A stretch of 64,000 nt of DNA, filler included, from Asterionella formosa (taxonomy: Eukaryota), in the NCBI GenBank assembly GCA_002256025.1. It is 24 parts of 24 records of this genome, joined end to end, with 100 filler letters (N's around TTAATTAATTAA, not from the genome) between each part and the next. Parts side by side here need not be neighbours in the genome. Positions count along the whole stretch, not along the records: positions 48,000 to 49,140 come from NKIB01004086.1; positions 49,241 to 50,381 come from NKIB01004087.1; positions 50,482 to 51,621 come from NKIB01004088.1; positions 51,722 to 52,860 come from NKIB01004090.1; positions 52,961 to 54,100 come from NKIB01004091.1; positions 54,201 to 55,340 come from NKIB01004092.1; positions 55,441 to 56,578 come from NKIB01004094.1; positions 56,679 to 57,816 come from NKIB01004095.1; 16 more parts are not named here. One strand, 5' to 3'. Positions within the stretch are counted from its first letter, which is position 1. Each line of letters opens with the position of its first letter. The position numbers and the translations under genes were made by a program. Shown in pieces: positions 48,239 through 59,859 of the stretch. The notes under the pieces were generated by a model, which saw nothing but the letters and a program-made list of their open reading frames with translations, searched no databases and was not told where the DNA came from.

Positions 48239-48756
48239 TCACCCATTATGATCTATTGGCCTTACAAGTTGACCCAACTTAACAACCAATTCATTAGTTG
48301 TTGGTCTCTTTGAGCGATTTAACTGAATGCAACGAATGTCTAATGAGCACACAGAGGCCAGAATTCCATTTTCCCATTCCTTTGCTAGAGGATCAACATC
48401 TTTTACCAGTTTTGGAATTGCCAATTTCAATGCCTCTGCTGCATTTCCTTCAAAATCACTTGGGAAGTAGCGTTCAGGGAAATATAGGAACCTTGTCTCA
48501 TCATTTTGGAGGCAGCCTGTCACAAGCTCAATCATGACAATGCCAAATGAGTAAACATCAGATGATGCTTCAAATTTATAAACTCCCCTAGAATACAATG
48601 GACACATGTAGCCACGTGACCCAAAGATTTCATCAGTTGATGTGATCTGAACTGAAAAAGAATTTGCACTGGTTTCAATGGAGTCATCCACAAGAACAAA
48701 TTTGGCTAGACCATAATCAATCAGCTTGGCAGTATAGTTCTGATCAAGGCAGATAT
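48239..48756 (-). pseudogene. IRAK/RLK-Pelle-like protein kinase C-lobe, 5' part replaced by a transposon end
   Basis: NICLDQNYTAKLIDYGLAK, FGSRGYMCP, SDVYSFGIVMIELVTG, RCIQ..RSKRPT. Homology stops abruptly at TA 48757-48758. Confidence 0.8.
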
Positions 48757-48758
48757 TA

Positions 48759-49030
48759 CATCTAAGACGCGAAATACGCCACTTTTCGAAATTTCGTCTA
48801 CGTATGAGTGTTAATTATGTGGTACTTCACATGCATTAATGCCACTCTTCACGTAAAAAAGATTACTTTTAACGGTTTCATGTGAAGTTTTCACAATGAA
48901 TTTTGAACGCGAGACTGAATTAGTTGATGTTTCAAATAATTCATTTGACTTTTCGAAATTTCGTTTACGTACGAGTGTTAATTATGTGGTACTTCACATG
49001 CATTAATGCCACTCTTGATATCACGATGAA
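48759..49030. mobile_element. DNA transposon end (CATCTAAG terminus) with internal direct repeat
   Basis: Begins after TA and shares its terminus with 29309. ACTTTTCGAAATTTCG...GCCACTCTT is repeated at 48781 and 48948. Confidence 0.6.
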
Positions 49031-49240
49031 ACAGACCAAGGTTGTCCTTTGTACCAGTATGAAGGTAGTGGATGGCACAAAAGATTTCGAACATGATTCG
49101 AAGTCAGATCTTACTTGAGAGACCTGCCCTTTTTTGTTCANNNNNNNNNNNNNNNNNNNNNNNNNNNNNNNNNNNNNNNNNNNNTTAATTAATTAANNNN
49201 NNNNNNNNNNNNNNNNNNNNNNNNNNNNNNNNNNNNNNNN

Positions 49241-50139
49241 TCACTGGCACACTTCCCACAGAGATTGGACTCTTGACAAGTCTCACTTCTCTATATTTGG
49301 ACAACAATGAATTCACAGGAACAGTGCCAGCTGAGATATTTCCTGGACTTCAGACAAGTCTCATTCACTTAACATTGGGGAAAAATTCATTCAAAGGTTC
49401 AGTTCCCAACTCATTTGCGTTTAATTTCAAACAGAGTCTGAAGGAAAATCCCATACCTTTCCTGCTCAACGTTTGTGTCTGCATGATCTGCATGATTATT
49501 GCTGAAGCAGGAGGTATCACTACGATTCTGTCTGCAATGAAGACTCATTCCTCAAATGCTACTGTGCAAGAAAAAGGTTGTGGAGCACTTATGAACTTGG
49601 CTTTGAATGACAAGAATAAGGTGACAATTGCTGAAGCAGGAGGTATTACTACGATTCTGTCTGCAATGAAGACTCATTCCTCAAATGCTACTGTGCAATA
49701 CTATGGTTGTTGGGCACTTGCGAACTTGGCTGTGAATGACAACAACAAGGTGATGATTGCTGAAGCAGGAGGTATCATTACGATTCTTTCTGCAATGAAG
49801 ACTCATTCCTCCAATGCTAATGTACAATATCAAGGTAATTCAGCATTTTGGAACTTGGCTGACAATAATGAAAACAACAAGGTGATTATTGCTGAAGCAG
49901 GAGGTATTCCAACAATTCTTTCTGCGATGAGGACTCATTCCTCAAATGCTACTGTTCAAGAATATGGTTGTGGAGCACTTTGGAAGTTGGCTTTGAATAA
50001 TGACAACAACAATGTGACAATATCCAATGCTGGTGGAAAAGCCCTAATTGAGTCTGCTATGAAAAATTACTCATCCAATGATGGTGTTCAAGAAAAAGGT
50101 AATGGAGCACTTCGCAATTTGACCCATTGTTGGAAATGA
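49241..50139 (+). CDS. LRR plus armadillo-repeat protein, 5' partial
   Basis: TGTLPTEIGLLTSLTSLYLDNNEFTGTVP (LRR), then ~5 ARM repeats IAEAGGITTILSAMKTHSSNATVQ..GC.AL.NLA with DNA periods of 129, 129 and 132 bp. Confidence 0.8.
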
Positions 50140-51280
50140 TCATCATGGTAATATTTAGGAGGATCAACTAGTTTTTATTATTCTAATTACGGACCCTTTA
50201 TGTTTTGATTATCAATCAGGGTACATTTTTGTTAAACTGTTAGTTGGAATTTATGTTCATGCTCTTCTTTATGGATGTTTCCCTGATTATGATACATGCA
50301 TGGTGAGCGATGCTTGTTTTGTAAACTCGTTAATTTTGCAAACAGAAGGATCTATCAACATGGACGTGGACGTGGACGTGGNNNNNNNNNNNNNNNNNNN
50401 NNNNNNNNNNNNNNNNNNNNNNNNNTTAATTAATTAANNNNNNNNNNNNNNNNNNNNNNNNNNNNNNNNNNNNNNNNNNNNATATTTTGTGAGCGAAAAA
50501 TGTGAAGAAGGTAAGATAATCTTTTTTAAACTTAAGTTTGCTGCATGAGGATGGTTTCTGGTACCCGCCTACCCCCTGATACCGCAACTCAAAAACCGTT
50601 TTGCACGAAAGGGCACGCACTGTGCTTGTGCAAAGGTAATGACAACATATAAGTATTATACGTCCCGGTATACGTTAAAATGGACGACTCAAATTAGAAC
50701 AGCCACGTGGAAAATGGATGGTATTCATCACTCGGAGTATACGTTGTATTCACGACAAAAAATATTTCGTGGGAATACCTGCACCGGTAAGTCGTTTACG
50801 GTACCGGTACCTGGTGAGCAATCCTGCACATTGATACAGATGTACATAGGGTTAGGGTTATATCAATTAAATCGGAATTCAATAATAAGGGAACTCGACT
50901 AACACCCAATCTATACTTTGATGTCAGTTCAGGAAATGAGTTGTACATAAGGATTAAGGTTCCTGCATTTGAACCCCTAGGCAAAAATTAAAATATTGCT
51001 TAGGGTTGCCGAAATTCCCTGGAACTGAGAATTTTTATGAGTTAATTTTGAATGACGTGATTCCAATTGAAAATTTTGAATCACTGGAAATTTGCGCGTA
51101 CATACATAGATTCCTTTTCGAATTCAATAAATATATACATAAACGTTCTGCATCGCTCAATGTTTATATACCCTATCATACATTCAACATATAGTATGTG
51201 TCAGACGAGCTGGCAGCATGGCAAATATTGTTGATGACTACCGGTAAGAAACAAAAAAAAAGCAACAATCAACCATCAGC

Positions 51281-51621
51281 GAAATTACACATCAAAATGA
51301 TGACAATGGTAATGACAAATTTAACTACAGTCATGATACTAGTTGCCCTACCTGCCAAGACCGGTTGATTGTAGAGTCGTATGTGGAGGGATGTGAGGAT
51401 CGCATCTTCTGCGAATGCTGCGATTTTTGCTGCCCTGAATGTCAGTGCCGATGGGATGAAGTCGAAGAGTTGGTGGAGAAGTTTCTGGAAGGTGAATCCA
51501 TTCTTACCAGGTTGAAGGATGAAGAAATTACGGCATCAAGAGCCCGCAATCTTCTGTACAAGTTTCTAATCAGAGTTTTCAGTGGTCCATTGGGAAAAGG
51601 TGTTCGGATGCAACTTCCTGA
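51281..51621 (+). CDS. Cys-rich protein resembling the P2X7 C-terminal zinc domain / Kolobok KolX, 3' truncated
   Basis: CPTC...CECCDFCCPECQCRW...ARNLLYKFLIRVFSGPLGKGVRMQLP. Start codon uncertain. Confidence 0.55.
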
Positions 51622-52657
51622 NNNNNNNNNNNNNNNNNNNNNNNNNNNNNNNNNNNNNNNNNNNNTTAATTAATTAANNNNNNNNNNNNNNNNNNNNNNN
51701 NNNNNNNNNNNNNNNNNNNNNGGAAGAAAGTGTCAACTCCACAGTTTTGAGCAGCAAGGAGAAGAGCTTGACAGAGTCCACTGAGAGTGTAGTCCTTGAG
51801 GGGATCATTAGCATTGGGTCCCCGGTAGAGCCGTTTAGGTTCTTTATTGCAGTATTCAAACAGACTGCGTCGTTCCGTAGCATCACCAAGCCGAGCTTGA
51901 TAAGGCGACCACTGAGGGCGGCGGGCGACAGAAAAGTCATTGTTAAGGGTTCCACCAGAGTAACCAGAACCTAGGCGATCAACATGTCCAAACTTGGTAG
52001 CCATTGTAACAGAAAAAAAAGGAAGTATTCAGAAGGAAAGAAAGAAAGGGCTAGTCGAAGAAGACTACCGATGGAAGTAATGTAAATGAAAGAAGGAAGT
52101 ATTCAGAAAGAATGAAAGGGCCAGTCGAAGAAGACCACCAATGGAAGTAAAGTAAATGAGAGAAGGAAGCAATTAGAAAGAAAGGAAGGGCTAGTCAAAG
52201 AAGACTACCGATAAAATTAAAATAAAAGAGAAGAATAAAAGAAATATGATGTTGGAAGGTTTGGGCTCAATAACCACTTGAAAGTGTTATGGAAACTGTA
52301 GATAATTGAAGAATAGTAACTTAAATGAAGGCTTGTAGACTCTATGTTTCGGAATAAAGTGAGCTAAATGTTAAATGATAAAAGTAGAACAAGCTAGGAG
52401 TTGTCGCCAGTTGACAACAGTCAAATTGGAGAGACAGGAAATTATTAATAGTGGAGTTACCACGATGGACATGACTGTTGTGGGACCGGAACTTGTTAAT
52501 AGGGGGCGGAGTAACCATGATGGACAGGACTGTTGTGGGACAAGAAAATAGTAATAGAGGAGAAACAACAGTCTTGGCAGGGCTGTTAAGAGACAGAAAG
52601 TTAGTAGTAGGTGGAGTATCCACGATGGGCAGAGAGGTATAAGTTGGTATTTAACTA

Positions 52658-52860
52658 ATGTGAACTAAATTACAGAATTAAGTGAATTATTTCAAATAAT
52701 TATGTGAAGTGTTTCAAATAATTACGTGAAGTATTTCAAATAATTTTGTGAAGGTGATCACGTAATATAGTGATGATCAGGAATGCATGCATGATACTCT
52801 GATCAAATAATTAACGTGATGTATTCGGATAATATATAGATATATTCAAGTAAGCATTTT
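52658..52860 (+). repeat. Second copy of the 22-bp-repeat transposon subterminal region
   Basis: Aligns with 28996-29221 but has three diverged 22-bp units. Confidence 0.88.
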
Positions 52861-53699
52861 NNNNNNNNNNNNNNNNNNNNNNNNNNNNNNNNNNNNNNNN
52901 NNNNTTAATTAATTAANNNNNNNNNNNNNNNNNNNNNNNNNNNNNNNNNNNNNNNNNNNNGTAATTACTGTAAAAGTGTCAAAGCTCCTTGTAACATGTC
53001 ATTTTTAAAAATGGTGCATCACTGATTTACATGAAAAAACGTGCCATCAGCGTCTTCAATTTTCGTTGTCAATATCATTGTATTTAGTATAATTGTTTTG
53101 ATTGTATTGTCGATGATGTCATTATTGTACATACCAAATAGCAAAGCGTCGTTCTGATTTTCATTAAGTTATTTGTTATCTTTGTCATGGTCAAGGCTGA
53201 GACAACATTTTGCAATATTCGCTCTCCAGCCATTCAGAATGACTACACTGTAGTGTATTAAATATAGAAAAAGCATAATCTAAGCTAAATAATTACATTC
53301 TAGTGCCTATGTGGGCTACCTCAGGTACCCTGTACATGAATCCATCAAAAGGTGTATGATATATTGCATGTTTCATGGGCAATACATTGCTTACTTCACC
53401 TTATGTTTACCGGTATGTTGTATCATCATTAACTACAGTGTTATGTCGGTATGCGGCTGTGATGGCATTTGGGTTGAAATGATGACATCACACATCAAGG
53501 GAAATTGATACTTTAATCAAAATGGTCAAACATTAAGCAAATCCTAGCTACTATGGTACCAACTGGCAGAATAAGTAAAAAGATCCTACTAGTACTAGGT
53601 CTCAATATTGTAGGCTAAATCAGATTAAAGTTACAGACAATTCCAAACAACCAGGTGGTCAGGTGGTTTATTAAATGAAAAATCAAAAGAGATACACAT

Positions 53700-53799
53700 G
53701 AATCAATTTGGAATTGGAATCACTATTGCCAGCATGATGACGTATGTAGCACTAAAGTTTGGATACTGCTCGTTTAGCAAAATTACCGCAACTTGCCGG
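53700..53799 (-). mobile_element. Single CCGGCAAGTTGCGG end of a longer subfamily; related copy at ~26700-26790
   Basis: AGCAAAATTACCGCAACTTGCCGG|TA. Internal GGCAATA.TGATTCCAATTCCAAATTGAT is shared with 26761-26789. Confidence 0.65.
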
Positions 53800-54200
53800 T
53801 AAGCTGAGTACCAGGTACCTGGTACCTGGTACAACCATCTTGCTTCATGTGCATATTTTTATGCATCATCACGCACATCCCGGACTTTCTACGACTAATC
53901 AGAGTTGATTTTTCAACCAAAAAGGGAGTACAAAATCAACCGTCAATGCAACCGGGTTGATTTTTTCTTTGTTGTACAATACTGTATTTTCTCGTGATCT
54001 AGTACGGAAAAATACCGTCAAGGTATTTTACCATCCGCAGTAGAACGATACTTGAGGCCTACAGAAAAATACAACCTGGGTTGATTTTTACAAGTAATAC
54101 NNNNNNNNNNNNNNNNNNNNNNNNNNNNNNNNNNNNNNNNNNNNTTAATTAATTAANNNNNNNNNNNNNNNNNNNNNNNNNNNNNNNNNNNNNNNNNNNN

Positions 54201-54260
54201 CTAACCCTAACCCTAACCCTAACCCTAACCCTAACCCTAACCCTAACCCTAACCCTAACC
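54201..54260. repeat. Telomeric repeat (CCCTAA)10 at contig start
   Basis: Perfect CTAACC x10, C-rich strand at the 5' end, as expected for a left chromosome end. Confidence 0.9.
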
Positions 54261-54269
54261 CTTGGCAGC

Positions 54270-55340
54270 ATGATCCTTCTGGCACCCCCTCGCACTTATC
54301 GCGATGCTGTTCTGCTGCCCAGTCCCCTACCACCTTCCCCTTCGGACACTTATGACACTACCACTGTGCCCAAGAGCCGTCGTCGCCGTAAAAACACACC
54401 ACATGATGCACCACATGCCAGCCAACCCCACACCCAATCTTTGCTTGCCAACTGTGCTCTCTCCACCCCTCCTCAAACCAGTGCTACTCCCCTGGCCACT
54501 AATTTTTGTTTCCATGGCACCGCTATCAACCCTGACAATGGCAAAATTGCTGGCTATCGCGAATTATTGACTTGCAGCACTGCTCCCCTGTGGGCCACTG
54601 CCAACGGCTTAGAAATTGGCCGGTTATTTCAGGGTTTGGGACCCCATTCTGACATGCCAACGGGTACTAATTGCTGTTTTTTCATTCATAAGCATGAAAT
54701 GCCCTCACACAAACACGCCACTTACATCCGCATTGTGTGTGCCGATCGCCCTGAAAAAACCATTCCCCAACGCGTTCGTTGGACTGCTGGGGGTGATCGT
54801 GTCATTTACACTGGCAATGTCAGCACCAAGACTGCTGATCTCACTACTGCAAAATGTTTGTTCAACAGCACCATCAGTACCCCCGGTGGCCGCTTCATGA
54901 CTCTGGATTTATCTGATTTTTATCTGGAAAGTCATCTTGCACCTGCCGAGTATGAATACGTGCGCATCCCTATATGGATGATTCCCCCACACATTCAAAC
55001 CCTCTACAACCTAGCTCCAAAAATCATTGATGGGCACATCTATGCCGAAATCCGTCGTGGCATGTATGGGCTGCCTCAAGCTGGTAAACTTGCCAATGAT
55101 CAACTTGCTCAGTTCTTGCTACCACATCATTACCTCCCCTGCCCAGTCACCCCTGGCCTATGGATGGATACCACCAGTGATCTCATGTTTACGCTTGTTG
55201 TTGATGATTTCGGTGTACGTTACACCAAACGTAGTGACGTGGACCGTCTCCTCACCACTTTACGTACCAAATACCGACTCACAACTGATTGGACTGGCTC
55301 TCGATACATTGGCCTTACACTGACGTGGGACTATGAACAT
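54270..55340 (+). mobile_element. Ty1/Copia pol fragment (RVT_2 reverse transcriptase)
   Basis: INPDNGK, EIGRLFQG, RVRWTAGGDR, STKTADLTTAK, DLSDFYL, GMYGLPQAG, FTLVVDDFGV. Open frame. Confidence 0.92.
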
Positions 55341-55440
55341 NNNNNNNNNNNNNNNNNNNNNNNNNNNNNNNNNNNNNNNNNNNNTTAATTAATTAANNNN
55401 NNNNNNNNNNNNNNNNNNNNNNNNNNNNNNNNNNNNNNNN

Positions 55441-56030
55441 CACTGTATAATACTATCATATTAACTGTTGACTTTAACAGTATATATTAAACGACAAACA
55501 TATATATTAATTAACATACTTTATGATTGCTTGATTTATATTCTGTGATGTATCGATAACACTTGCGTACATATTTTATCGAATTTTATTGTCATTGTAC
55601 TATTTTTACATGATCATATTTTGATCAAAATTATATCATATTTATTTCATAAAATCATCATAATTTTAGGATCAATGTATCATACCTATGTGATGTACTT
55701 TATTCAATATTACGTATCATACTTTGGTGATGTATGCATCGATGTAACCTTATCATGATATCACAGTATCATCTTGTCAATCATGATGAGATGATTGGGA
55801 AGCAACTGTATTCTGCATCGTGCTACAGGGTATATTATTATATCACGCAATTTAGTAGCGAAGTCACTCCGCCTGTAATGTACAAAAGTCGACAGTGCAC
55901 ATACTCACATGCTAATCAGGTTTGAGGAAACGGACAGTGGTTCCAACGAGCGAATAATGATACCAAGAGTACCAATTTTTCCAGCGAAAGAACTTGTCTC
56001 TCTATTGATGAGGATGACATGGACACCGAC
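55441..56030 (+). repeat. AT-rich dispersed repeat; inverted second copy at ~60575-61184
   Basis: Colinear over ~590 bp from CACTGTATAATACTATC to GAGGATGACA.GGACACCGAC. Short related motifs at 2697-2834 and 10970-11010. Confidence 0.9.
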
Positions 56031-56937
56031 TTCTATGTGGACAGTAGTCTGTTACGCACATTTTCGTATCTCCTTTTATGCTGAATCGAAATAGTAGATG
56101 TAGTATCATGTGAGAATTGAAAATTTCAACGAGAACAAGTGGAATGTGTTTGTTTACGGGTTGATTGGCGAGATTGTCATGCTGAAGTGGACGAAACGGA
56201 TATACTTTGTGCGCAAAATCGGAAGTTGGTAGGGTTTATAATGTCGTTTATATCTCCGTTCTGAATGATTGGACCATTAATAGCAGCAGCATCATGATCT
56301 ACTAAACTATCAAGGAATAAACCATTATCATAGTCATCGGCATCAAAACAAACTGTTTGAACGAAATCAATGGCTGCTGGCGATTGTTTCAGGAATTTTG
56401 CAAGGGGGTCTTGAGAGTGGTGTCGTCCATCTCTTCGAGAAGTCGCTACCATTGATGATGTCTGCGATGCTTGAATCTGAGATTGAATCATATATTGTTG
56501 CCCACACGAGGGGCTGTGTCTGTGATGACCACGAATTGATTTAAAAGGACCTTTACCACAGAATTTACATTTGTCCTCNNNNNNNNNNNNNNNNNNNNNN
56601 NNNNNNNNNNNNNNNNNNNNNNTTAATTAATTAANNNNNNNNNNNNNNNNNNNNNNNNNNNNNNNNNNNNNNNNNNNNAACATTGTCAAGGTGCACAACC
56701 GACGTGGTCTTTTGGAAAAGTCGGCTCTGTTTCAAGCTGGACAGGAGTAAGCGAAGGACACAATGATAAAAGGATATTAAGGGTGATCTGTTTTCAACTT
56801 GTACATGGACTATTTTGATTCTTTATATTCTAGGCGTTTCTTTTTACTTGCAAATATGGTCATCGTTCATTTACAGATCTATATGCCTTTCTTTAAAAAA
56901 ATGTGGCTTTCCTAAATAGGAAATTAAATAAATAATT

Positions 56938-57816
56938 CTAATTTTTCTTGCTGACAACGGAATCATTGCCGTAGGATAATCGTTGATAACCTTCTCGGTT
57001 GCTAAGGGAGGAAACAACATATTTAGATCGATTCTTTGCCCAATAATACATGGCCGCTCCAATAATAACAAATAGGAGAATTCCAAACATCCCCCCACCC
57101 CCACCAGGGACATCATCAGTCGCAGCAATAACAGGGAGCCCTTGAGAAGGAGGTAAGCTTTGATTGGTGATGGCGCCGCTGGATAAACCAATCGTTTGAG
57201 CCGGTGGAGAGGTAGTAATAGCAGATTGATACTGATTTGTACCAGCCAAAAGGTCTCCAGCAGCATCTGCGTTGCCACCTTTATCCCCACCAACTTCCTC
57301 TTCATTGTCCCCACCAACTTCCTCTTCATTGTCCCCACCAACTTCCTCTTCATTGCCCGTGCCTTCCTCTGGCCCTGATGCATCCTTCTCAGCAACAACA
57401 TCCACTGAACCGATGTTGCCAGTTTCGACGATTTCTTCGGATTTATCCAGGGACGTGCCATCGGTCTCTGCGTCCTTCTCGTCAATATCGATCGTTTCGA
57501 TTGCTAGCTCGGATGTCTCGTCATTGCTGTCAAGCGATTTCGACGAGACACCAATCTCGTTCTCTCTTGAACCATTATCAAGAGCAGTTTCATTATTCGC
57601 AGTCTTGACATCGACTGTTGTTTCCTCCTCATGACCATTGTCAACCGTCGTGGAGGAGCTTCCAGTCTCGCTCACCGTTAAAACATTGTCAGCAGCAGTT
57701 TCGTCATCCGTGGCTTTGACTGGATCCTCATCCCCGCCGGTCGTTTCCTTGGACGAAGAAACTTTGTCATCATTATCAGATGTCTTGGAGGAGCTGTCAC
57801 TCTTGTCCTTTGTCGA
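56938..57816 (-). CDS. Acidic low-complexity single-pass membrane protein, 5' partial
   Basis: D/E/S/T-rich region with three 24-bp NEEEVGGD repeats, TM MFGILLFVIIGAAMYYW, short tail containing YQRL. Confidence 0.8.
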   Translation of the reverse strand, partial: STKDKSDSSSKTSDNDDKVSSSKETTGGDEDPVKATDDETAADNVLTVSETGSSSTTVDNGHEEETTVDVKTANNETALDNGSRENEIGVSSKSLDSNDETSELAIETIDIDEKDAETDGTSLDKSEEIVETGNIGSVDVVAEKDASGPEEGTGNEEEVGGDNEEEVGGDNEEEVGGDKGGNADAAGDLLAGTNQYQSAITTSPPAQTIGLSSGAITNQSLPPSQGLPVIAATDDVPGGGGGMFGILLFVIIGAAMYYWAKNRSKYVVSSLSNREGYQRLSYGNDSVVSKKN

Positions 57817-57916
57817 NNNNNNNNNNNNNNNNNNNNNNNNNNNNNNNNNNNNNNNNNNNNTTAATTAATTAANNNNNNNNNNNNNNNNNNNNNNNNNNNN
57901 NNNNNNNNNNNNNNNN

Positions 57917-58330
57917 CATCACCTCTGCAGTTCGAATTTGCCTTGAACCCCCTAATAGTCGCTTTGTGACGCTATTATTAAGAAAAGAAGCGACATTACT
58001 GTTCTTCGGAAACAAAGGAGCAGGAGAACCATGGTCAGAAAAGAAGAATAGGTTGTAGCGGACGCTCTTGACTTGACAGTTGGCTCTATAGAAGTCCACC
58101 ACTGTGCCACTTGGAATGGTGATTCTATTGGGATCATAGGACATTGAAGGGTAGCACTTGTTCATGTATGTCATCAATGTTCGCGTAGTCAATAGCATGT
58201 CGCTTCCAATGTTGAATTTTTGGTTCATGTAGTGAATGAGGAGGTCGGCCGGAATCCAGCGCCCACGTAGTGATGACTCCGCCATCACCAAAGAAAAATA
58301 TCGTCCAAACAACTGAAAGTTTGATGTCAT
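57917..58330 (-). CDS. Hypothetical protein fragment, probably repeat-borne
   Basis: Open frame running off the contig. The PAPLFP segment has a decayed DNA match at 35634-35660. Confidence 0.4.
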
Positions 58331-58731
58331 CTGTTTTGCGGTTTGGTTTCCGATCAGCGCTATGATCACGGTTCTAATACTATATCGCAAAACACAAGGC
58401 ACTGAAGGGAAGCAAAGGGAACCAACCGAGCGCAATCAACATGGTGATGGTTGTAACAACAAGAGATTCATCGCACAAAATATTTAGCTATATTTTTAGA
58501 AATAATGGTTTGTACCAGGCCTGCTAGAGCTACTATACCGGTATGTTCTTCGATCATGCACCCAGCCATATGTATATAAAGCAAGGAGCGAAATAATACG
58601 TAATGCATGGGAATACCACCAGTAGTTTGTACTTTTTCCCACGGACATGGTATCTGATGATACCTGGTACCAGGTACCTGGTACCCTCGTACCTGGTACC
58701 GGCACAGGACCAGGCGTCTGGTGCCTGGTTA

Positions 58732-58806
58732 CCAGCAAGTTGCGGTAATTGTGCTGAAACTAAAACTTTAGCAATCTTTATCCTACATTCAACCAACTTG
58801 CAAAGG
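58732..58806. mobile_element. Internally deleted MITE of the CCNGCAAGTTGCGG family
   Basis: TA|CCAGCAAGTTGCGGTAATTGTGCTGAAACTAAAACTTTAGCAATCTTTATCC...CAACTTGCAAAGG|TA. Confidence 0.75.
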
Positions 58807-59340
58807 TACCAACTACCGGTACACTATACTTACTAACAGGTAACACTGCCTAGCACCAGATGTGACAACGTGGGCGGTACTTTTTCAACTGATTATTTTC
58901 AACCAGAGGCGTACCTGGTACCGGTAGTCTGGGACAAGTGCAAGGAGGTAATTCGCTCAGTTTGGATATGTTCATTTGATTTTAGATTACAAAGTGCATG
59001 CACGAATACAGCATCTCATATGAGGCTACTCTATGGCCTTGTTTTCCAACTTTTNNNNNNNNNNNNNNNNNNNNNNNNNNNNNNNNNNNNNNNNNNNNTT
59101 AATTAATTAANNNNNNNNNNNNNNNNNNNNNNNNNNNNNNNNNNNNNNNNNNNNGGTACCGGGTACCAGGGTACCAATACTCTCTTTTGTTCCCCTCATG
59201 CTGCTGCCTCGTTCAGCCTTGCTTCTGTCGACGGCGAGGAGCGATGCAAGCGAATATCATAAGAGTATTGACAAGCGTTTCTCCCCCTTGTCGTTCCATA
59301 GTGCCTTCCCTCCATCTCTAACTCCAACTGTCGTGTCAGC

Positions 59341-59859
59341 ATGTCGGCATCCGACGAGGCGTACATCAAAACGGCCACTCACGTCTTCGTATCCCGCCAA
59401 GCTACCATTGACAATCCAAATCAAGTCCAACTTCAGGGAAAGTCAGTCTTACGCGAAGGCGTTTCCCTTCTGGGCAGTATACGCATGGGCCGCTATTGTT
59501 ATATTGGTGAACATACCGTCCTATCATCACCTATGCATCAAAACTTTGGAGTTCCCCTGGTGGTTCGTGGCCACGTTCAAATTGGCAAGCATTGTGTCAT
59601 TGAAGCTGCATCGATTGGCTCGAACGTTTGGATTGGGGATGGATGCAAGATCGGCAAGCGATGTTTGATTAAAGACAATTGCTGGCTGGCATCGGGGACG
59701 GAAATAGGAGACGATACTGTCATTGCTCCCTTTTCGAGAGTCGCTGGAGCTCCTGGTAAAGTTGTTGCGGAACTTCCACCATCCGCTGCTACTGACCTGC
59801 AAGAGCTTGCGCAGCAGGCCTTTCAGAAATTTGCGACGAACCCAGTGTCCTCACAATGA
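59341..59859 (+). CDS. DCTN5: Dynactin subunit 5 (p25), left-handed beta-helix
   Basis: YIKTAT..FVSRQA, GKSVL, IRMGRYC, IGKHCVIEAASIGSNVWIG, IGKRCLIKD, VIAPFS..AGAPG..VAELP. Confidence 0.88.
   Translation: MSASDEAYIKTATHVFVSRQATIDNPNQVQLQGKSVLREGVSLLGSIRMGRYCYIGEHTVLSSPMHQNFGVPLVVRGHVQIGKHCVIEAASIGSNVWIGDGCKIGKRCLIKDNCWLASGTEIGDDTVIAPFSRVAGAPGKVVAELPPSAATDLQELAQQAFQKFATNPVSSQ

Noticed and set aside
47900..51721. Kinase + LRR-ARM + zinc-domain 'immune cluster'
   Set aside because: The three pieces are on different contigs, so the adjacency is artificial.
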